From an uncultured Bacilli bacterium (lineage in GTDB: Bacteria > Bacillota_I > Bacilli_A > RF39 > UBA660): a stretch of 48,094 nt of DNA. Made by a program: the position numbers and the translations under genes. Location of the stretch: positions 1-48,094 of the forward strand of contig CALWAK010000003.1 in assembly GCA_944373095.1 (NCBI GenBank), written 5' to 3'. How positions within the stretch are numbered: the first letter of the stretch is position 1; each line of letters begins with the position of its first letter. The notes below the pieces were generated by a model. It had not been told where the DNA came from, searched no databases, and was given only the letters and a program-made list of their open reading frames with translations. Positions 1 to 10,098 of this stretch are shown in pieces.

Positions 1-10
1 ATAAGAATAC

Positions 11-1254
11 ATGATTTTTTATATAAAAGATACATTTTATCATAATTTAATTATTATTTTTTATGCGATTGCCATAATAAAGATATTAAAAAGTATATTT
101 GCTTTTATAGATCATGGTATAATTAAAATTGATAATAAAGTATTTACTGGTCATCCTGGTTTATATTTTTTTCATAATAAAGATGAATTATCACTTAAGA
201 TACTAGAAGCATTAAATAAGGATTATTATGATAGATATGATATTTATTATATTGGAAATAAATTAATAAAATATATGTTAAGTAAATATGATTCTCATAC
301 TAAGATAAATTTTTTTAATAATAAGTATATACCAATTAAATTTAAAGTATATGATAGTAAAGTTTATATTATAAATCAATCTTTAGGTATTGATAACTTT
401 ATTGGTTCTTGTGTTTTAGAAATAAATGGTATTAGTATAGAAGTTATATTAAAAGAGTTAGAAAGTATTATATGTTATTCTACTAATGAATATTTATTAG
501 TTCAAGAAGAAGATATGTTAAGAAATATAGATATATTAAAATCATTACCTAGTATATCTAGTAATATAGATAAGTTAGTTTTTAAGGTATTATATAATAA
601 CGAAATAAAAGAAGTAACTATTGATTTAAAAAAGAATATAGTCCTATTATCGAAAAGAAAGTAGATAATTATTCTTTTGAAATAATAGATAATATTGTTA
701 TAGTTCATTACAATTCATGTCTAAATGCAACTGGGATGCAAAATTTAATTAGTAAGTTAAAAGAAATTAAAGATACAGATAACTATATAATTGATTTACG
801 AAACAATAGTGGGGGAGATTCATCAATAATAAAACCATTAATTGAATTCTTAAAGGATAAAAATATTGTTATATTAGTTAATGAACGGGTATTTTCTAGT
901 GGTAGAATGGCTTATGTAGATTTAAAAAATATTGGTGGGTATTCTATTGGAAGCAATATAAGTGCTTCTCTAAATTGTTTTGGTAATAATCCAGGAAGCT
1001 ATTTATTAAAGGATTTAGGCTTATCTGTAAAAAGAAGTTCTACATATTGGTTATATGATGAAAATTTTGTATGTCATGGTTTTGAAAAAGATACTTTTTC
1101 TGATTATTTTAAAGATAAAAGATATTTACTAGAGCCAATTATTTTACAACCAGATTTATATGTTCCAAATACTATTCTAGATATTTTAAATAATAGAGAT
1201 TTAGAGGTAGAAGCTGCAATAAATTATTTTAATAGAAATAAAAGATTGAAGTAA
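11..1254 (+). pseudogene. S41-family peptidase split into two frames (frameshift near 628-634); 5' start uncertain
   Basis: Upstream ORF has a PDZ-like segment (IGSCVLEINGISIE). Downstream ORF has the S41 motifs IIDLRNNSGGD and VFSSG. The downstream frame is open from 625 (TGA at 622-624) and overlaps the first ORF to 664. Confidence 0.75.
99..123 (+). promoter_or_regulatory. Putative sigma-A promoter
   Basis: TTGCTT-17 bp-TATAAT with a TG extended -10. It lies inside ORF 11..664, so the ATG at 11 is probably not the true start. Confidence 0.45.
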
Positions 1255-1310
1255 TTAATTGCAAAATAAGGATTATTTGTTAATATTTATGTGAGAGGAG
1301 ATTACTTTAT

Positions 1311-1529
1311 ATGACGAATGAACAAGAATATAAAAATTATCAAGATTATTGTCAAGCAAAATATGGCTCTGCTTATATGAGTGCGATGAAAAAATTAAGT
1401 GCACCTTACACAGAGGCTTTTGATAAAGATAATTGTTTAAAACCAGATTATGTTTTAACTCCATTTGAAAAAGAAGCATTACTTACACATATACCAGAAT
1501 ATATTGATAACCAAAGAAAAGGAAGATAA
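1311..1529 (+). CDS. Hypothetical protein, 72 aa
   Basis: Strong RBS GAGAGGAG upstream; followed by a terminator. Confidence 0.7.
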   Translation: MTNEQEYKNYQDYCQAKYGSAYMSAMKKLSAPYTEAFDKDNCLKPDYVLTPFEKEALLTHIPEYIDNQRKGR

Positions 1530-1538
1530 ATTAATAAT

Positions 1539-1580
1539 AAAATACAGTATATTTTTAAAGCATATACTGTATTTTATTTT
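1539..1580 (+). terminator. Intrinsic terminator
   Basis: Inverted repeat AAAATACAGTAT...ATACTGTATTTT followed by T-rich sequence. Confidence 0.7.
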
Positions 1581-1670
1581 GTAAATCGGTTATATAAAAG
1601 GTAATTAATTTTTCTTACTTTAAATTTACTTATAAAATTTTTAATGATATAATTTTTTAGAAGGTGGATT

Positions 1671-2408
1671 ATGGAAGTAATAACTAGTACAGATAATAAA
1701 AAAATAAAAAATTTATGTAAATTAAAAGAGAAAAAGTATCGTGATGAAGAAAATCTTTTTTTAGTAGAAACTAAACATTTAATTGAAGAAGCAAATAAAT
1801 GTGGATTATTATTAGAAGTTATTATTTTAGATGGTGAAGACTTAGATATTGATGTACTTAAAACTTATGTAAGTTTAAATGTTATGAAAAAATTAAGTTT
1901 TATATCTAATAGTAAATATATTGGGGTAGTAAAAAAATATGAACCATATAATTATAATAAAAGATTATTACTTCTTGATAATATTCAAGATCCTGGTAAT
2001 TTAGGGACAATTATAAGAAGTGCTAGTGCTTTTAATATTGATACAGTAGTACTAGGGGATAACTGCGTAGATTTATATAATGATAAGGTTATCCGTGCTA
2101 GTGAAGGTATGCTTTTTCAAGTTGATTGTATGCGTAAGAATTTAAGTAGGTTTATTGATGAATTAAAAGTAAATAACTATTTAATAATTGGTACTAATGT
2201 AGTAAATGGAATAAATGTATCTGAATTTAAATATCCTGATAAATTTGCTATAATTATTGGTAATGAAGGTAAGGGAATAAGTGATGAAATAAAAACTAAA
2301 ATAGATAAAAATATTTATATTCCGATGAATAAAAAAACTGAATCATTAAATGCTTCAGTAGCGGCCTCTATTATTATGTATGAAATGAGTAAGATGGATT
2401 ATGAGTGA
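1671..2408 (+). CDS. TrmH/SpoU-family RNA methyltransferase
   Basis: SPOUT motifs LDNIQDPGNLGTIIRSA, IGNEGKG and ESLNASVAASI. Confidence 0.93.
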   Translation: MEVITSTDNKKIKNLCKLKEKKYRDEENLFLVETKHLIEEANKCGLLLEVIILDGEDLDIDVLKTYVSLNVMKKLSFISNSKYIGVVKKYEPYNYNKRLLLLDNIQDPGNLGTIIRSASAFNIDTVVLGDNCVDLYNDKVIRASEGMLFQVDCMRKNLSRFIDELKVNNYLIIGTNVVNGINVSEFKYPDKFAIIIGNEGKGISDEIKTKIDKNIYIPMNKKTESLNASVAASIIMYEMSKMDYE

Positions 2409-2886
2409 ATATGTTTATATAGGTAAAATAATTAATACTTTTGGTATTAAAGGAGAAGTTAAAATACTAAGTGATTTTTTAGAAAAAGAAAGTGTATTTA
2501 AAGAAGGTAATGAAGTATTTATAGGAGATAATAAACTTAAAGAAACTATTAATACTTATAGAGTACATAAAGGATATGATTTAATAACTTTTAAAGGATA
2601 TAATAATATAAATGAAGTATTAAAATATAAAGGATTATCTATATATAGTAAAAGAGAAGTATTAAATAATAAATATGTATTAAATGATTTAATAGGTTTT
2701 AAAGTTATTGAAAATAATATTACTTATGGGAAAGTAATTGATTATTATGATTTTAATGGAAATAAAGTATTATATATAAAAGGTAGTAAGAATTTTTATA
2801 TACCTATTAATGATTATTATATAAAGGATATTGATTATAAATTAGGCATTATATATGTTTTAAATGTAAGGGATTTGGTATTATGA
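2401..2886 (+). CDS. rimM: Ribosome maturation factor RimM
   Basis: IGKIINTFGIKGEVKI N-terminus, PRC-barrel-like C-terminus, directly upstream of trmD. Confidence 0.93.
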   Translation: MSEYVYIGKIINTFGIKGEVKILSDFLEKESVFKEGNEVFIGDNKLKETINTYRVHKGYDLITFKGYNNINEVLKYKGLSIYSKREVLNNKYVLNDLIGFKVIENNITYGKVIDYYDFNGNKVLYIKGSKNFYIPINDYYIKDIDYKLGIIYVLNVRDLVL

Positions 2887-3557
2887 GAATAGATATATTA
2901 ACTTTATTTCCAGATATGGTAAAAGGCTTTTTAAATGAATCTATTATAAAAAGAAGTATTGATAAAGGGTTAGTTACTATAAATGTTATAAATTTTAGAG
3001 AATATTCTAAGTTATCTAACAGCCAAGTTGATGATACACCATATGGTGGTGGTGCTGGTATGGTTTTACGATGTGAACCTATATTTGAATGTTTAGATGA
3101 TATTAAAACACCTGAATCATTTGTTATTTTAACTACTCCTGATGGAATAAAATATAACCAAAGTGTTGCTAAAGATTTAAGTTTAAATAAGAGTCATATT
3201 ATTATTATTTGTGGTCATTATGAAGGCTTTGATGAGAGGATAAGAACTTTATGTGACATGGAAATATCTTTAGGTGATTATATTTTAACAGGTGGGGAAC
3301 TTGCAGCTTGTGTTATAACTGATTCAATTACTAGATTAGTAGATGGTGCGATAAATAAAGAGTCATTAGATAGTGAGTCATTTACGGATAATTTACTTGA
3401 TTATCCAACTTATACTAGACCTAGAGAGTATAGAGGATTAGAAGTACCTGACATATTACTTAGTGGAGATCATAAAAAAATTGATGAATGGCGAAATAAA
3501 AAAAGAATAGAAAAAACAATGGAAAGAAGACCAGACTTATTAGAAAAAGGGAGGTAG
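2883..3557 (+). CDS. trmD: tRNA (guanine-N1)-methyltransferase
   Basis: MRIDILTLFP, VDDTPYGGGAGMV, CGHYEGFDER, SLGDYILTGGE. Confidence 0.98.
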   Translation: MRIDILTLFPDMVKGFLNESIIKRSIDKGLVTINVINFREYSKLSNSQVDDTPYGGGAGMVLRCEPIFECLDDIKTPESFVILTTPDGIKYNQSVAKDLSLNKSHIIIICGHYEGFDERIRTLCDMEISLGDYILTGGELAACVITDSITRLVDGAINKESLDSESFTDNLLDYPTYTRPREYRGLEVPDILLSGDHKKIDEWRNKKRIEKTMERRPDLLEKGR

Positions 3558-3561
3558 TAAT

Positions 3562-3990
3562 GTGAACTTTTATTTACATAGAGAAAATGGTAAAAAAGAG
3601 ATATTTAGTTCTAATAATTATTTTAATGGATATGAATTTAATCCTAAAAAAAATAAAACTTTAATAAAAGTGAATCATATTACTGTAGTAGATCCTAAAA
3701 TGATTGATTCTATTTTAACTTTAAAATTTAATAAAAGATTTAATAAATTATTAAAATATGTAACATATTTATTAAATGAAAGTAATGATGATACTGGTAT
3801 TGCTATTGCTTTAAATGAAGTAGAAAAACTAAGAGGTATTCTTTTAAATAGATATCAAAAATTTTTAAATCAAGAGAAAGAAGAATTATTTTTAAAAAAA
3901 TTAAGAATTATAGAAAATGAATTAAGATTAAAAGAGGTAATGTTAAACAGTTATTTAAATAATATTGAACAAGAATCAAGAAGTAGATAA
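3562..3990 (+). CDS. Hypothetical protein
   Basis: GTG start after RBS AGGGAGG; helical protein; ends ESRSR. Confidence 0.75.
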   Translation: MNFYLHRENGKKEIFSSNNYFNGYEFNPKKNKTLIKVNHITVVDPKMIDSILTLKFNKRFNKLLKYVTYLLNESNDDTGIAIALNEVEKLRGILLNRYQKFLNQEKEELFLKKLRIIENELRLKEVMLNSYLNNIEQESRSR

Positions 3991-4052
3991 AAATTATCTT
4001 GAAAAATATTATTGTTTATTAGATAATATAAAAAGGATAGGAAGGGTATTAT

Positions 4053-6056
4053 ATGTGTGTACAAAATAAAATTGATAATTTATTTAAAATGAATGAAGAG
4101 GAGTTAAGAACCCTTGTAACTAACAATTTATCTATTAGTGAAATAAGAAGTATTATAGATATGTTAAGAAATTATGATAAAGTAATGGATGAACAATTAG
4201 AACTAGATGAAATTAGTTATAAAGAAAATGATATTACTAAAGAAATAGAAGATTTAAAAAAACAATTAGATTTTTCTAGAAAAACTTTAGCATCTGATAA
4301 AGAATTAGAAATTCTTAAAAGTAAAATAGATGAATTAATGAATTCATTAAGTAATTTAAATGATGAAAGATTATCTATTATAAAAAAATATGATGATATA
4401 AGAAATGAAATAATTAATGTTTGTTTAGATGCTATTAAAAATGCTAATGATGCTAAAATAGAACTTGCTCGTCAAGAAAAATTAGATAGTTATACTGTTG
4501 ATTTACAAGTTTTAATTAATAAAAAAAGAAAATTAGAAGTAACATATATTAGTTTAAATAAGTCTAGTGGTTATAGAGAAAATAAAGTTAAAATTGAAGA
4601 ATTAAAAAGTAAAATAAAACAAATTGAACATGATGTTAACCATGGAATACTTGATATGACTATTGAACTTACTAATGAAGTAGTTAGATATCGTAATATG
4701 ATTCATGAACTAAGTTTAACTGATAGTAATACTTATAAATATTTAGAAAAAATTAATAAAGAACTTGCTTATACTAATAGTAAGATAAGTGAAATAAATT
4801 CTATTATATTAGAATTAGAAAATATGAATATAGCTAAATATAGAGAAAAGTTAGTTGATGAATTAACACCATCAGTTATTGAACAAAATTATTTAAATCA
4901 AAAACAAGTTTATGATTCTTTAATATATCCTATTAAAGTTAAGGATAATATTACAACTAATAATTTATTAGAAGAATTTAATAAAATATTAGAAGATATT
5001 AAATGTCCAGTAATTAAAATAACTGCTAGTGATAACTTAGAAATAGCTAATAGTTTATTACTAATAGATGCTGATAAAAAAGTTAATTATATTGAATTAC
5101 TAATAAATATATTAAATAAATCTCTTAGTCTTTATAATGATGGCTTTGATACTAAATATATAAAAACTAATGTAGAAAGTAATAATTTATTTAATGTTCC
5201 TTTTGAACGTAATGTATGGGAAGAATATTTTGCTACTAATTTAGAAGATAAAGATATTAATTTCTTAAATTTAATTAATTCTAAGTATTTAAGTTTAAGT
5301 CAAAAATATACTATTTCTAAAAATAATTCTAAGTTATCTAATAAATATAAGGATATTATAATAGAATTATTAGATGAATTATATTATAAGTTATTATCTA
5401 AATATATTACAACTTCTAATCAATATAATACTACTTTAGATGATTATAAAGATATAGATAGTTATAATAGTTATATAAGTAATACTAAGAATTATTTATC
5501 TGAAAAACTTAATAAATTAAATAATTTATTAACCGAAATAACTGAAAAAGAAAAAGATATGTTTGATGAAATAAATGCTAAGTATGATAGATTATCTATA
5601 ATAAAAGAAGATATAAAAAGGTATTTAAGTAATGAAGAAAGTATTATAGAAAATAATAATTTAGAAGATATTAATTTATCAAATGCTACAAATGAAGATA
5701 GTGATACTAAAGAAGCTGTAGTAGATAATATTATTGAAAATACTAATGATGTTGTTATAGATGATCTTAGTGATAATACTTCTTTAGAAGAGGATAATGT
5801 TAATAATACTTCTTTAGAAGATGTAGTAGATAATGCTAATATATTTGATCAAAATATATTTCAGTCTAATGATATAGATAAAGAAGATAATTATAGTACA
5901 TTAGCAATAGATAAGTTACTAAGTGAGTTAGAAACTGACAAAGAGGACAAGGAAGTTCCAACTTTTGAAGTTCCTACAATAGGAGTAAACCCATATACTA
6001 ATTTTGAAGGTATAGATAGTATTAGTGAAGATAATAATGAAGATGCTAGTAATTAG
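4053..6056 (+). CDS. Long coiled-coil hypothetical protein with acidic low-complexity C-terminus
   Basis: 667-aa ORF with heptad-like K/E/L/I pattern and a D/E/N-rich tail; RBS AGGAAGGG. Confidence 0.8.
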   Translation: MCVQNKIDNLFKMNEEELRTLVTNNLSISEIRSIIDMLRNYDKVMDEQLELDEISYKENDITKEIEDLKKQLDFSRKTLASDKELEILKSKIDELMNSLSNLNDERLSIIKKYDDIRNEIINVCLDAIKNANDAKIELARQEKLDSYTVDLQVLINKKRKLEVTYISLNKSSGYRENKVKIEELKSKIKQIEHDVNHGILDMTIELTNEVVRYRNMIHELSLTDSNTYKYLEKINKELAYTNSKISEINSIILELENMNIAKYREKLVDELTPSVIEQNYLNQKQVYDSLIYPIKVKDNITTNNLLEEFNKILEDIKCPVIKITASDNLEIANSLLLIDADKKVNYIELLINILNKSLSLYNDGFDTKYIKTNVESNNLFNVPFERNVWEEYFATNLEDKDINFLNLINSKYLSLSQKYTISKNNSKLSNKYKDIIIELLDELYYKLLSKYITTSNQYNTTLDDYKDIDSYNSYISNTKNYLSEKLNKLNNLLTEITEKEKDMFDEINAKYDRLSIIKEDIKRYLSNEESIIENNNLEDINLSNATNEDSDTKEAVVDNIIENTNDVVIDDLSDNTSLEEDNVNNTSLEDVVDNANIFDQNIFQSNDIDKEDNYSTLAIDKLLSELETDKEDKEVPTFEVPTIGVNPYTNFEGIDSISEDNNEDASN

Positions 6057-6111
6057 TGTCTTTTTTATTGTCAGTAATTATTATTGATGATAATATAAAT
6101 TTGGTGTATTT

Positions 6112-6882
6112 ATGAAAATTATAAAATATATAAAAAAGAAAGATAATAGATATGAAATTATATTAGATGATAATAAATATTTATTATATGAAGATGTTAT
6201 TCTAAAATATGATTTATTACTAAAAAAAAATATAGATACTACAGAATTAAATAGTATTTTAAAAGATAATATATATGAAGAAGCTTATAATAAAGCACTA
6301 AAATATATTAATACTAAATTAAGATGTAAAAAAGAAATTATAAAATATTTAAATAACTATGATAAAGATATAATAGATTATGTAATAAACAAATTAATTA
6401 AAAATAATTATTTAAATAATAAATTATATATATCTAGTTATATTAATGATAGTCTTCTATTAAGTAATAAGGGATATAATAAAATATTAAATGAATTATT
6501 AAATTTAGATTTTAATAGAGAAGAAATTATAAATCATTTAGATAATATTGATTTAAATATTTGGGAAGATAGAATTATTAAATATATCGATAAAAAGAGT
6601 AGATGTAATAATAAATATAGTATTAATTATTTAAAAAATAAAATATTAAATGAATTAATAAACTTAGGTTATGAACGTACTTTAATTAATAATTGTTTAG
6701 AAAATATTACTAGTAGTAATGAAGATGAAATAATAGAAAAAGAATATAATAAAATTTATAATAGTTTATGTAAAAAATATAGTTCTAAAGAATTAGAATA
6801 TAATATAATTAAAAAGCTATTATCTAAAGGATTTAATTATGAAGATATAAAAAATGTAATTCTTAAAAATAAAAACTGCTGA
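6112..6882 (+). CDS. recX: RecX-family regulator
   Basis: AYNKALKYI..R..KEI..YL, L...YLN...Y and KLLSKGF helical repeats, as in Firmicute RecX. Confidence 0.88.
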   Translation: MKIIKYIKKKDNRYEIILDDNKYLLYEDVILKYDLLLKKNIDTTELNSILKDNIYEEAYNKALKYINTKLRCKKEIIKYLNNYDKDIIDYVINKLIKNNYLNNKLYISSYINDSLLLSNKGYNKILNELLNLDFNREEIINHLDNIDLNIWEDRIIKYIDKKSRCNNKYSINYLKNKILNELINLGYERTLINNCLENITSSNEDEIIEKEYNKIYNSLCKKYSSKELEYNIIKKLLSKGFNYEDIKNVILKNKNC

Positions 6883-6909
6883 GGCTTATTATAAACCTTA
6901 GCAGTTTTT
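6871..6909. terminator. Bidirectional terminator between recX and prsA
   Basis: AAAAACTGCTGAGG...CCTTAGCAGTTTTT between convergent genes. Confidence 0.8.
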
Positions 6910-7942
6910 ATTCATTAGTACTATTAGATTGTGCTTCTAATAATGCATTTTGAATATATTCAGTATATTTTTGGTCTAGATCACTATCAATTATATCTAA
7001 ATCATATTTTTTTCTTAATTCTTGCATTGATTTGATATAAGCATCTTGATGTTCAGAAGTATATTCTGCTACTAGTGCATCTATTATTGTATCTCTAACA
7101 TCATCTAAACTTGCTTTTTCTTTAGATTCAGTTCTTAAAACAATATGATAACCTAACTCAGTTTCAACGATTCCACTATATTCACCATCTTCAAGTTTAT
7201 ATGCTTCTTCAGTTAATTCTGTATAATTAGTTCCCAAAGTATCAGTGTTAATAAAACCTAAATCTCCACCATCATCTTTAGTAGAATCATCTTCACTATA
7301 TTCTTTAGCTAATTCACTAAATTTAGTTGCAATATTATCTTTACTAGTTTCTTTTAATTTATTTAATACTTCTTCAGCTTTCTTTTTAGCTTCTTCTTTT
7401 GCTTTATCTTTTTCTTCAGTAGTAGCATCAGAATCATAGTTTACAGTAAATAGAATATGAGAAACTTTTATATCACCTTTAATTTCATTCTTATAATAAT
7501 CTTTTATATCACTTTCAGTAATTTTATCTTTTGCATAATTAGTTAATACTTTATTTTCTAAATTACTTATATATAAGTATTCTTCATATTCTTCTAATGT
7601 AGCATAACCAGTATAGTATTGAATAGCACTTAGTAAATCTTCACCGTAACTAGCTTCTAATTGTTCCATTGTTTTTTTAGCTTGTTCTTTTGCGTCTTCT
7701 AAATCATTTGGAAACTCTTTTTCTAAAATAACTTTATCTATTAAAGATATTATTGCTTTTAAACCATATTTTTCCTTTAATTCATTATATAAATCATTAA
7801 TACTTATTTTTGTATCATCTTTTAATGTAGCAACAGCTTCTTCACCATTTTCTAGTTTAGGAATTGTTTTAGCGCCACATCCACTTAATAGCATTAAACT
7901 ACATAATGCTAAACAGATACCTTTTTTTAAATTATTATTCAT
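6908..7942 (-). CDS. prsA: Foldase PrsA (parvulin PPIase lipoprotein)
   Basis: Lipobox LLSGC; parvulin motifs VSHIL, FSELAKEYSED, GGDLG, GYHIV. Confidence 0.92.
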   Translation of the reverse strand: MNNNLKKGICLALCSLMLLSGCGAKTIPKLENGEEAVATLKDDTKISINDLYNELKEKYGLKAIISLIDKVILEKEFPNDLEDAKEQAKKTMEQLEASYGEDLLSAIQYYTGYATLEEYEEYLYISNLENKVLTNYAKDKITESDIKDYYKNEIKGDIKVSHILFTVNYDSDATTEEKDKAKEEAKKKAEEVLNKLKETSKDNIATKFSELAKEYSEDDSTKDDGGDLGFINTDTLGTNYTELTEEAYKLEDGEYSGIVETELGYHIVLRTESKEKASLDDVRDTIIDALVAEYTSEHQDAYIKSMQELRKKYDLDIIDSDLDQKYTEYIQNALLEAQSNSTNE

Positions 7943-8103
7943 TTTATCTCTCCTCTTAACTAATTATAACATATGTAATTCAATTAGTATTAATTATTTT
8001 ACGTTATATTAACATTTTATTTCTCTAAATAATTAAATATTTATCCATTTTTATTGTGGTACTTATTATTTTAATTTCATAAATTATATAAGGGAGGTTT
8101 TAA

Positions 8104-8976
8104 ATGAATAGAAAATTTAATTCAGGATGTTGTTTAGATATAGATAGATTATTACAAATTGCTAGAGTAACAGGCCCAACAGGTCCAACAGGTCCAACCG
8201 GCCCAAGCGGTGGCCCAACAGGTCCAACTGGTGCTAGAGGTGCTACCGGTGCAATAGGTCCAACCGGTCCAACAGGTGCAACCGGTCCAACAGGCCCACA
8301 AGGTCCAACAGGAGCTACTGGAGTAACCGGTCCAACCGGTTCAACGGGCCCAACAGGGCCAACCGGTGCTACTGGAGCAACAGGCCCAACAGGTCCAACC
8401 GGAACAATACCAACATTTGCAATAGGCGAAGTAACTACAGGAGCTCCTGGAACTAATGCATCTGTAACATTAACCCAAAGTCCAACTGGATATACATTAA
8501 GCTTTGTTATTCCACAAGGCCCAACTGGTCCGACTGGTCCAGAAGGTACAGCTGGAACAGAAGGTGCAACAGGCCCAACCGGTCCAACCGGTCCAACAGG
8601 TCCAGAAGGCGTAGCCGGAGCTGAAGGTGCAACAGGTCCAACCGGTCCAACCGGTGCACAAGGTTTAGCTGGAACAGAAGGCGCAACCGGTCCAACCGGT
8701 CCAACCGGTCCAGAAGGTGCAGCCGGAGCTGAAGGTGCAACAGGTCCAACCGGTCCAACCGGTGCACAAGGTTTAGCTGGAACAGAAGGCGCAACCGGTC
8801 CAACCGGTCCAACCGGTCCAGAAGGTGCAGCCGGAGCTGAAGGTGCAACAGGTCCAACGGGTCCAACAGGTCCAGAAGGTGCAGCCGGAGCTGAAGGCGC
8901 AACAGGCCCAACCGGTCCAGAAGGTCCAACGGGTCCAACCGGTCCAACGGGTCCAACGGGTCCAACCGGTCCGTAA
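8104..8976 (+). CDS. Collagen-like protein (BclA-like GPT repeats)
   Basis: Two Gly-X-Y blocks (GPT/GAT/GPE) separated by a ~38-aa linker; short Cys-Cys N-terminus; RBS AGGGAGG. Confidence 0.9.
   Translation: MNRKFNSGCCLDIDRLLQIARVTGPTGPTGPTGPSGGPTGPTGARGATGAIGPTGPTGATGPTGPQGPTGATGVTGPTGSTGPTGPTGATGATGPTGPTGTIPTFAIGEVTTGAPGTNASVTLTQSPTGYTLSFVIPQGPTGPTGPEGTAGTEGATGPTGPTGPTGPEGVAGAEGATGPTGPTGAQGLAGTEGATGPTGPTGPEGAAGAEGATGPTGPTGAQGLAGTEGATGPTGPTGPEGAAGAEGATGPTGPTGPEGAAGAEGATGPTGPEGPTGPTGPTGPTGPTGP
8173..8973 (+). repeat. GC-rich collagen-coding tandem repeats (9-nt GGTCCAACN units; higher-order 54/108-nt units)
   Basis: Repeated ggtccaacc/ggtccaaca; the [34 protein letters not shown] block is duplicated. 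Confidence 0.9.
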
Positions 8977-8991
8977 TAAAGGAGTTTAAAA

Positions 8992-10098
8992 ATGTATAAA
9001 GTTGTTGTTTATGCTATATCAAAAAATGAGGAAAAGCACGTAAAACGCTGGTATGAATCAATGAAGGAAGCAGATGAAATCTATGTCTTAGATACTGGCT
9101 CTACTGATAAAACAGTAGAGCTTCTATCTAATTTAGGCGTGCATGTTAAAACACAAAAAATTGATCCATGGCGTTTTGATGTTGCTAGAAATGCTTCATT
9201 AGATTTAGTGCCAAAAGATGCAGATATTCTCGTTTGCGTTGATTTAGATGAAATATTTTTGCCTGGTTGGCGAAAAAAATTAGAAGAAATTTGGCAACCT
9301 GGAACAACCAGATTAAGATATATTTATAATTGGAGTTTAGATGAACTTGGAAACCCAATAGTAAGTTTTTATAGTGAAAAAATTCATTCACATGATAATT
9401 TTAAATGGATACATCCAGTGCATGAAGTTTTATTTTATGAAGGCGAAGAGAAATTTTTAACAACTGATGATATTGTACTAAATCACTATCCGGATGCTAC
9501 AAAATCTAGAAGTTCTTATTTACCTCTTTTAGAACTTTCTGTAAAAGAAGAGCCGGAAGACGATCGTAATGTTCATTATTTAGGCCGTGAATACATGTAT
9601 TATGGAAGATGGAATGAGGCAATAGATACTCTTATTAAACATCTTGGATTAAAAAGGGCAACCTGGAGAGACGAAAGATGTGCTTCAATGCGTTTTATTG
9701 CAAGATCTTATACTAATTTAGGCAGATATGAAGAGGCAAAAATGTGGTTAGATAAAGCTATAAAAGAGGCACCATATTTAAGAGACGCTTATATGGAAAA
9801 AGCTTTATTAATGTATACATTACGAGATTATAAGGAAGTTGAAAAGTTAGTAAGAAAAGCTTTAAAAATACCTATGAATAATCACAGTTATATAAATGAA
9901 ATTTTTACTTTTGATCATACAGCTTATGATTTATTATCCATAGTTGAGTATGAAAAGCAAAATTATAAAAAGTCACTTTACTATGTAAAAAAAGCGTTAA
10001 AAATATCGCCAAAAAATGAACGCTTATTAAATAATTATGATATAATCTTATCAAAGGTTAGGGAAGAAAATGAAAATAGAAGTAGGAGTGTCAAATAG
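8992..10098 (+). CDS. Family 2 glycosyltransferase with C-terminal TPR repeats
   Basis: KNEE, DTGSTDKT, FDVARN, DLDE, VHE motifs; HYLGREY/TPR-like helices. Confidence 0.93.
   Translation: MYKVVVYAISKNEEKHVKRWYESMKEADEIYVLDTGSTDKTVELLSNLGVHVKTQKIDPWRFDVARNASLDLVPKDADILVCVDLDEIFLPGWRKKLEEIWQPGTTRLRYIYNWSLDELGNPIVSFYSEKIHSHDNFKWIHPVHEVLFYEGEEKFLTTDDIVLNHYPDATKSRSSYLPLLELSVKEEPEDDRNVHYLGREYMYYGRWNEAIDTLIKHLGLKRATWRDERCASMRFIARSYTNLGRYEEAKMWLDKAIKEAPYLRDAYMEKALLMYTLRDYKEVEKLVRKALKIPMNNHSYINEIFTFDHTAYDLLSIVEYEKQNYKKSLYYVKKALKISPKNERLLNNYDIILSKVREENENRSRSVK

Noticed and set aside
4053-6056. SMC/SbcC protein
   Set aside because: No Walker A/B or signature motifs.
8507-8965. 152-aa minus-strand ORF with LDR repeats
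   Set aside because: Antisense shadow of the collagen repeat.
8173-8973. Repeat region as a CRISPR array
   Set aside because: The repeats are in-frame Gly-X-Y codons without unique spacers; no cas genes.
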